Source: Methanoregula sp. (lineage in GTDB: Archaea; Halobacteriota; Methanomicrobia; Methanomicrobiales; Methanospirillaceae). Taken from it: 11,356 nucleotides of DNA. The stretch is from positions 1 through 11,356 of the forward strand of contig JBDKTL010000015.1 of the NCBI GenBank assembly GCA_039698055.1, given 5' to 3'. Shown here one piece after another: positions 7,813 through 11,356 of this stretch. The notes beneath the pieces were generated by a model that was not told the origin of the DNA, did no database searches, and was given only the letters and a program-made list of their open reading frames with translations. The translations under genes and the position numbers were made by a program. Positions within the stretch are counted from its first letter, which is position 1. Each line of letters opens with the position of its first letter.

Positions 7813-8226
7813 ATGGGAATTTTTGACAGATTGTCCGGAAAACCGGCAGAACTGAATCCGAAATCAGCACTCGTGCTCTCCGCTATCACCATTATCGCGG
7901 CAGACGGTGTGATCGATGAAGCAGAGCTCAATGACCTTGCAAAGATTGTCCGCGGAGACCGGAAATCCATCGACAATGCAATGGCGGTCATGAAGGCAAA
8001 CCCGTTCCCGGGTGTTATCGACCTCGTTGCAGCAAAACTCGACGAAAAGCAGAAAATAGCAACCCTCGCAATCCTCTGCGATCTTGCCATGGCAGACGGT
8101 GTTCTTGCCGGCGCGGAACAAAAAGTTCTCCAGATGTACATGGACAAGTTCGGGGTTTCCGAAGCAACCATGAAGCCGATCATTGACACAATCGCGGTCA
8201 AGAACGACTTTTCAATCTTCTCTTAA
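7813..8226 (+). CDS. terB: TerB family (tellurite resistance) protein
   Basis: Duplicated ADG....E motifs (AADGVIDEAE, MADGVLAGAE); GGTGA RBS at 7805-7809; T6 tract at 8228-8233. Confidence 0.85.
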   Translation: MGIFDRLSGKPAELNPKSALVLSAITIIAADGVIDEAELNDLAKIVRGDRKSIDNAMAVMKANPFPGVIDLVAAKLDEKQKIATLAILCDLAMADGVLAGAEQKVLQMYMDKFGVSEATMKPIIDTIAVKNDFSIFS

Positions 8227-8259
8227 CTTTTTTCCCGGTTGAACCGTGCCGGCTTTTTT

Positions 8260-8772
8260 CTATCCTGGCGTCACGGATCTTTTATACTCGTTATAGATTG
8301 ACACAATCGAGAGGCTGATGAGGTTTAAAGTTGTTCCCGCATACCAGAGCCAGGATTCCGTCACAGTGAGGCGGGTGATCCAGCCTGACCAGAGCATGAA
8401 ACAGATGAGGGTAAATGAGATCAGGGTGTCAATTGCAAGGAAGAGCATGGGCTTTTTGACGATTCGACCGATCAGGGCAAGGGTGCAGTATTCGAGCCGG
8501 TCGGGTTCATGGATGATATCAAAGACTGCCCGTTCCGCGTTCATGATCAGATCGATACCGGCCCACGCGACGATGATCCACCCGGTGACGGCAAGGGGAA
8601 AATTCGATGGCGTTCCTACGCGGATAGCGGCGAGCCCGAAAAGTGCCTTGTAGATGCAGAACGGGATGCCGATTGTGAAAGAAAGAAAAAACGGCCGGAT
8701 GAAAAACGACTGAATCCTGTCGTAGGGCTGCCTGGTTTCAGGTGGTATTTCTATATCTGGTTCCGATGACAT
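8260..8772 (-). CDS. Integral membrane protein (about 4-5 TM), function unknown
   Basis: 170-aa ORF with several hydrophobic helices, convergent with terB. Confidence 0.8.
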   Translation of the reverse strand: MSSEPDIEIPPETRQPYDRIQSFFIRPFFLSFTIGIPFCIYKALFGLAAIRVGTPSNFPLAVTGWIIVAWAGIDLIMNAERAVFDIIHEPDRLEYCTLALIGRIVKKPMLFLAIDTLISFTLICFMLWSGWITRLTVTESWLWYAGTTLNLISLSIVSIYNEYKRSVTPG

Positions 8773-8956
8773 GATAGCGGGATAACTGGAATTAATTTTT
8801 TTTAAGCAGTACCCGGTTCATCCAGAACGAAACCCGGGTGTTTTGCGATTACCAGTGTTAGGGAGCGAAAGGATAAGAACCGTTTTAGTGCGGGACAACA
8901 AAGATGGGTGAAATTGGTAATCTGCATACAGGTCCGGTGCCATGACCGGGCAACGA

Positions 8957-8963
8957 TTTATAG
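8957..8963 (+). promoter_or_regulatory. Candidate TATA box for a leaderless transcript of 8986..9309
   Basis: TTTATAG beginning 29 nt upstream of ATG 8986. Confidence 0.4.
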
Positions 8964-8985
8964 CGGTAATTCAAAAACACTGTCT

Positions 8986-9309
8986 ATGTCACCCAGACAT
9001 CAGCCCGCTCCGACGCCCCATAAGCATTCAGACCATAATCTTGGGGCCCATGACAACCCAGTCACCAGTCCGGATAAGGAACGCCATACGGAACTTCGGG
9101 CGCACCACCCGGAAGCGAATCCCGCTCCTCATGCCCCGCATCATCCACAGAGCAAGCCGGTACTTCCCCAACGGCACAATGCCCATACCGGACCGGAAGC
9201 CAAGGATCTGAACGTGGATCACGGCACGCATACAGACCGGCCACGACCGGCGAAGATCTCAAAAAAAGGGCAGAAAACCAAAGCTGAAAAATCGTGTCGC
9301 TTCCCGTGA
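8986..9309 (+). CDS. His/Pro-rich, probably disordered protein, 107 aa (probable start ATG 8986)
   Basis: 15 His and 17 Pro, basic C-terminus ending SCRFP, TATA at leaderless spacing; fills an otherwise empty gap. Confidence 0.6.
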   Translation: MSPRHQPAPTPHKHSDHNLGAHDNPVTSPDKERHTELRAHHPEANPAPHAPHHPQSKPVLPQRHNAHTGPEAKDLNVDHGTHTDRPRPAKISKKGQKTKAEKSCRFP

Positions 9310-9443
9310 GCACTTCTGTATGGTAAAAATGTTGGCAGTTTTGTAGCGGGCTTTCAGATATCACCTGCATGTCGGTGTGGAATTCAGATCGGGTTCCGAT
9401 GGATCGGAATTCACCATAAATGATATTTTTTTTACAAAAATTC

Positions 9444-10157
9444 TCACAACTCCCGCATCACCAGCGAGATCCCTCCGTCAAGCCCTGAAAAGAATTTCCG
9501 GCCATTAAAATAAAATGAATCATACGGGATGCTTCCGAGTGGCTGAAAGCCACATCGTTCAAAGGTATGGCACGAGACCGGGCTGGTACAGTCTGCGACG
9601 ATATGCCGGAAATCCCAATCCTTTGCATGGTCACAGATACGGTAGATGAGGTTCGTTGCGACAGCCTGTTTCCGGTAGTTGTCGCGGACGCCGATCTGGT
9701 AGATATGGAGTGTTGTTCCCGGTAGTGCCATGTCCATGGGCAGGTAGTTCTGTTCAAGTGCATCGATGATTGCGACGCTGTCAGGGAAGATTGAGAGAAA
9801 TTCAGCCATTTCCGGTTCAAGTGCAGAAATGTCGGTCGCCATATCGCAGCAGAGAATAAACCCGGCGCACTCCGATGAAGCAGTGTCTTCTGCGATGATG
9901 CTTAAGGATGCATCCGCGCAGTAATGCACATACCGCCGTGCATATCTGAAAAAAGTGTCCACATCGATTGTGTGCCGGCAGGTCATCGGTTCATCACGGA
10001 CAAAGACTTCCGTGTATGCCCGGGCTGTCGGCTCGACCCTGTCCACACTAAGAAGTGAGTATGTCACCGGGGCAATCATAACATTTTCCCGGGGATGGGC
10101 AGTGGTCTGTTCATGGCGGTTTGCTCTCTGGGGAATCCGGGTGTCATTACCTGTCAT
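9444..10157 (-). CDS. GNAT family N-acetyltransferase (alternative start ATG 10079)
   Basis: LHIYQIGVRDNYRKQAVA motif A, ADCTSPVS..TFERCGF motif B, FVRDEPM N-terminal motif. Confidence 0.85.
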   Translation of the reverse strand: MTGNDTRIPQRANRHEQTTAHPRENVMIAPVTYSLLSVDRVEPTARAYTEVFVRDEPMTCRHTIDVDTFFRYARRYVHYCADASLSIIAEDTASSECAGFILCCDMATDISALEPEMAEFLSIFPDSVAIIDALEQNYLPMDMALPGTTLHIYQIGVRDNYRKQAVATNLIYRICDHAKDWDFRHIVADCTSPVSCHTFERCGFQPLGSIPYDSFYFNGRKFFSGLDGGISLVMREL

Positions 10158-10252
10158 ATTCTGATCGTGAAATAGTGATACCTATGTCTGGAGATTACCA
10201 GAAACTATCGCGGTATATATCGATGTACCTTTTTATCGGGAAACCGGTGTCG

Positions 10253-11017
10253 TTACGATTCTCTCACCACTAAAAGACCTGCTGCCACTGCAAACACCGC
10301 CACTGCACTATCAAGCGGTATCCGTGGAGTCGGTGTTGTGGTTGGTACTGGCGACGATGTTACCGGTATGGGTGTGTCTGTCGGGGTACTTGGCACGGGA
10401 GTTGGGGTCGGAGTCGGCACGGTAATTTTTTTTGTCGGGCGGGTTGTGATGCTGTCGGTGGACACCGATCCCCGGGAAACACTCGGTGAGCCGTACTGCA
10501 CCAGAAGGGAATCATTATTCACGGAAGTGGGATTTTCTACCTTTACGGAAAAGGATCGCTCGGCAGTATTGATAGAGGTCTGGAATGCGACAACTGCCCG
10601 GCCGGTACTGTCGGTGGTCACGAGTGCGTAATAATTGGTATTTGACATCGAAGCGGACGAGGGGGTCACATCATCGAGAATTGTCTGCCCGTTTCCATTG
10701 TTGAACGCATAGGAACCGATCGTATACGGTCCACCTGACGGGTCTTTCTGTACATTTGCCTGGTAATCGACAATAACCGGTGGCTGATCGCCAAGTGCTC
10801 CGGAAAGCGACCATGTATGGGTCAGCCACGTGTAATAGCCGGTGTTGGGGATGCCGGTTATCGTAATCGCGAACTGGTGACCACGGACAAGCGGCTGATT
10901 TCCTGCCAGATCAGATGTCGCGGAGGTAGCAGCAGCGGGCATAAAAAGTATGGTGCTGCCGATCACCAGCAGGAAAACGGTAAGCACAATATTGCAGGTA
11001 TTCATAGGAGTCCTCAT
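10253..11017 (-). CDS. Cell-surface (S-layer-like) glycoprotein with Thr/Pro linker and C-terminal membrane anchor
   Basis: Signal peptide (PAAA|), beta-rich domain, PTPTPTP linker, PRIPL followed by a TM helix and RES. Confidence 0.85.
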   Translation of the reverse strand: MRTPMNTCNIVLTVFLLVIGSTILFMPAAATSATSDLAGNQPLVRGHQFAITITGIPNTGYYTWLTHTWSLSGALGDQPPVIVDYQANVQKDPSGGPYTIGSYAFNNGNGQTILDDVTPSSASMSNTNYYALVTTDSTGRAVVAFQTSINTAERSFSVKVENPTSVNNDSLLVQYGSPSVSRGSVSTDSITTRPTKKITVPTPTPTPVPSTPTDTPIPVTSSPVPTTTPTPRIPLDSAVAVFAVAAGLLVVRES

Positions 11018-11079
11018 GTGTACTGACTGATTAGGATGATGCTTGACATCATTTCCACATAAACATATGCTTGGTACCG

Positions 11080-11356
11080 GGTGCCGTCAGGATAAAAAAT
11101 TAGGTGATTGAGTAAAGTCCACCACTAACCTGAAGGAAGGGTGGATGAAATGAGAAGTATGAATTTTCGGGATATTGGGAGGTTGGTATCCGAAGACCAA
11201 CACTCCCTGGAATATCTCTGGAGAAAACGGGGGGGGTCCAGTATGTCCATCATGCAATTCCCCGGATTTTTACTATCTGAAACGTTCGAGGGTTCGGTGC
11301 AAACGGTGCGGTAAGGATCATTATCCTCTCAAAGGAACCCGGTTTACCGAACTTCG
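11080..11356 (+). mobile_element. Left end of an IS1595-family insertion sequence (left boundary tentative, truncated by the window)
   Basis: Transposase zinc-ribbon N-terminus; GGTGCCGT at 11080 loosely resembles IS1016-group GGGGCTG ends; the partner end is not in the window. Confidence 0.6.
11150..11356 (+). pseudogene. IS1595-family transposase N-terminus, frameshifted at G8 (11229-11236)
   Basis: MRSMNFRDIGRLVSEDQHSLEYLWRKR, then in the +1 frame GPVCPSCNSPDFYYLKRSRVRCKRCGKDHYPLKGTRFTEL (CPxC...CxxC...GTxF); the unshifted frame stops at 11312-11314. Confidence 0.8.

Noticed and set aside
10320-10420. Short repeats such as GGAGTCGG and GGGGT
   Set aside because: They encode the Thr/Pro linker of the surface protein; not a CRISPR array or DNA repeat element

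Overview
An accessory region that looks archaeal, most like a methanogen of the Methanomicrobiales type. This is inferred from the gene families, TATA boxes, GGTGA/GGAGGTGA ribosome-binding sites and oligo-T terminators. It holds about 15 mostly unlinked genes: a lipoprotein, DUF6125-like, DUF1294, dCMP deaminase, YkgJ-type Cys-cluster protein, a Cys-rich secreted protein paired with a 4-TM protein, a CARF-like/wHTH regulator, a DUF349-like coiled-coil protein, an alpha/beta hydrolase, TerB, a membrane protein, a His/Pro-rich disordered protein, a GNAT and a surface glycoprotein. The window ends in the start of an IS1595-family transposase frameshifted at a G8 run. The best hidden signal is missing from the ORF track: a 25-codon amphipathic peptide gene (330..407, minus). 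It has a TATA box, an operator-like palindrome, a perfect SD, an overlapping 5-codon uORF, internal anti-SD sequences and candidate opposing small-RNA signals, an arrangement resembling a type I toxin-antitoxin locus. All family assignments come from motif recognition by eye, not database searches.
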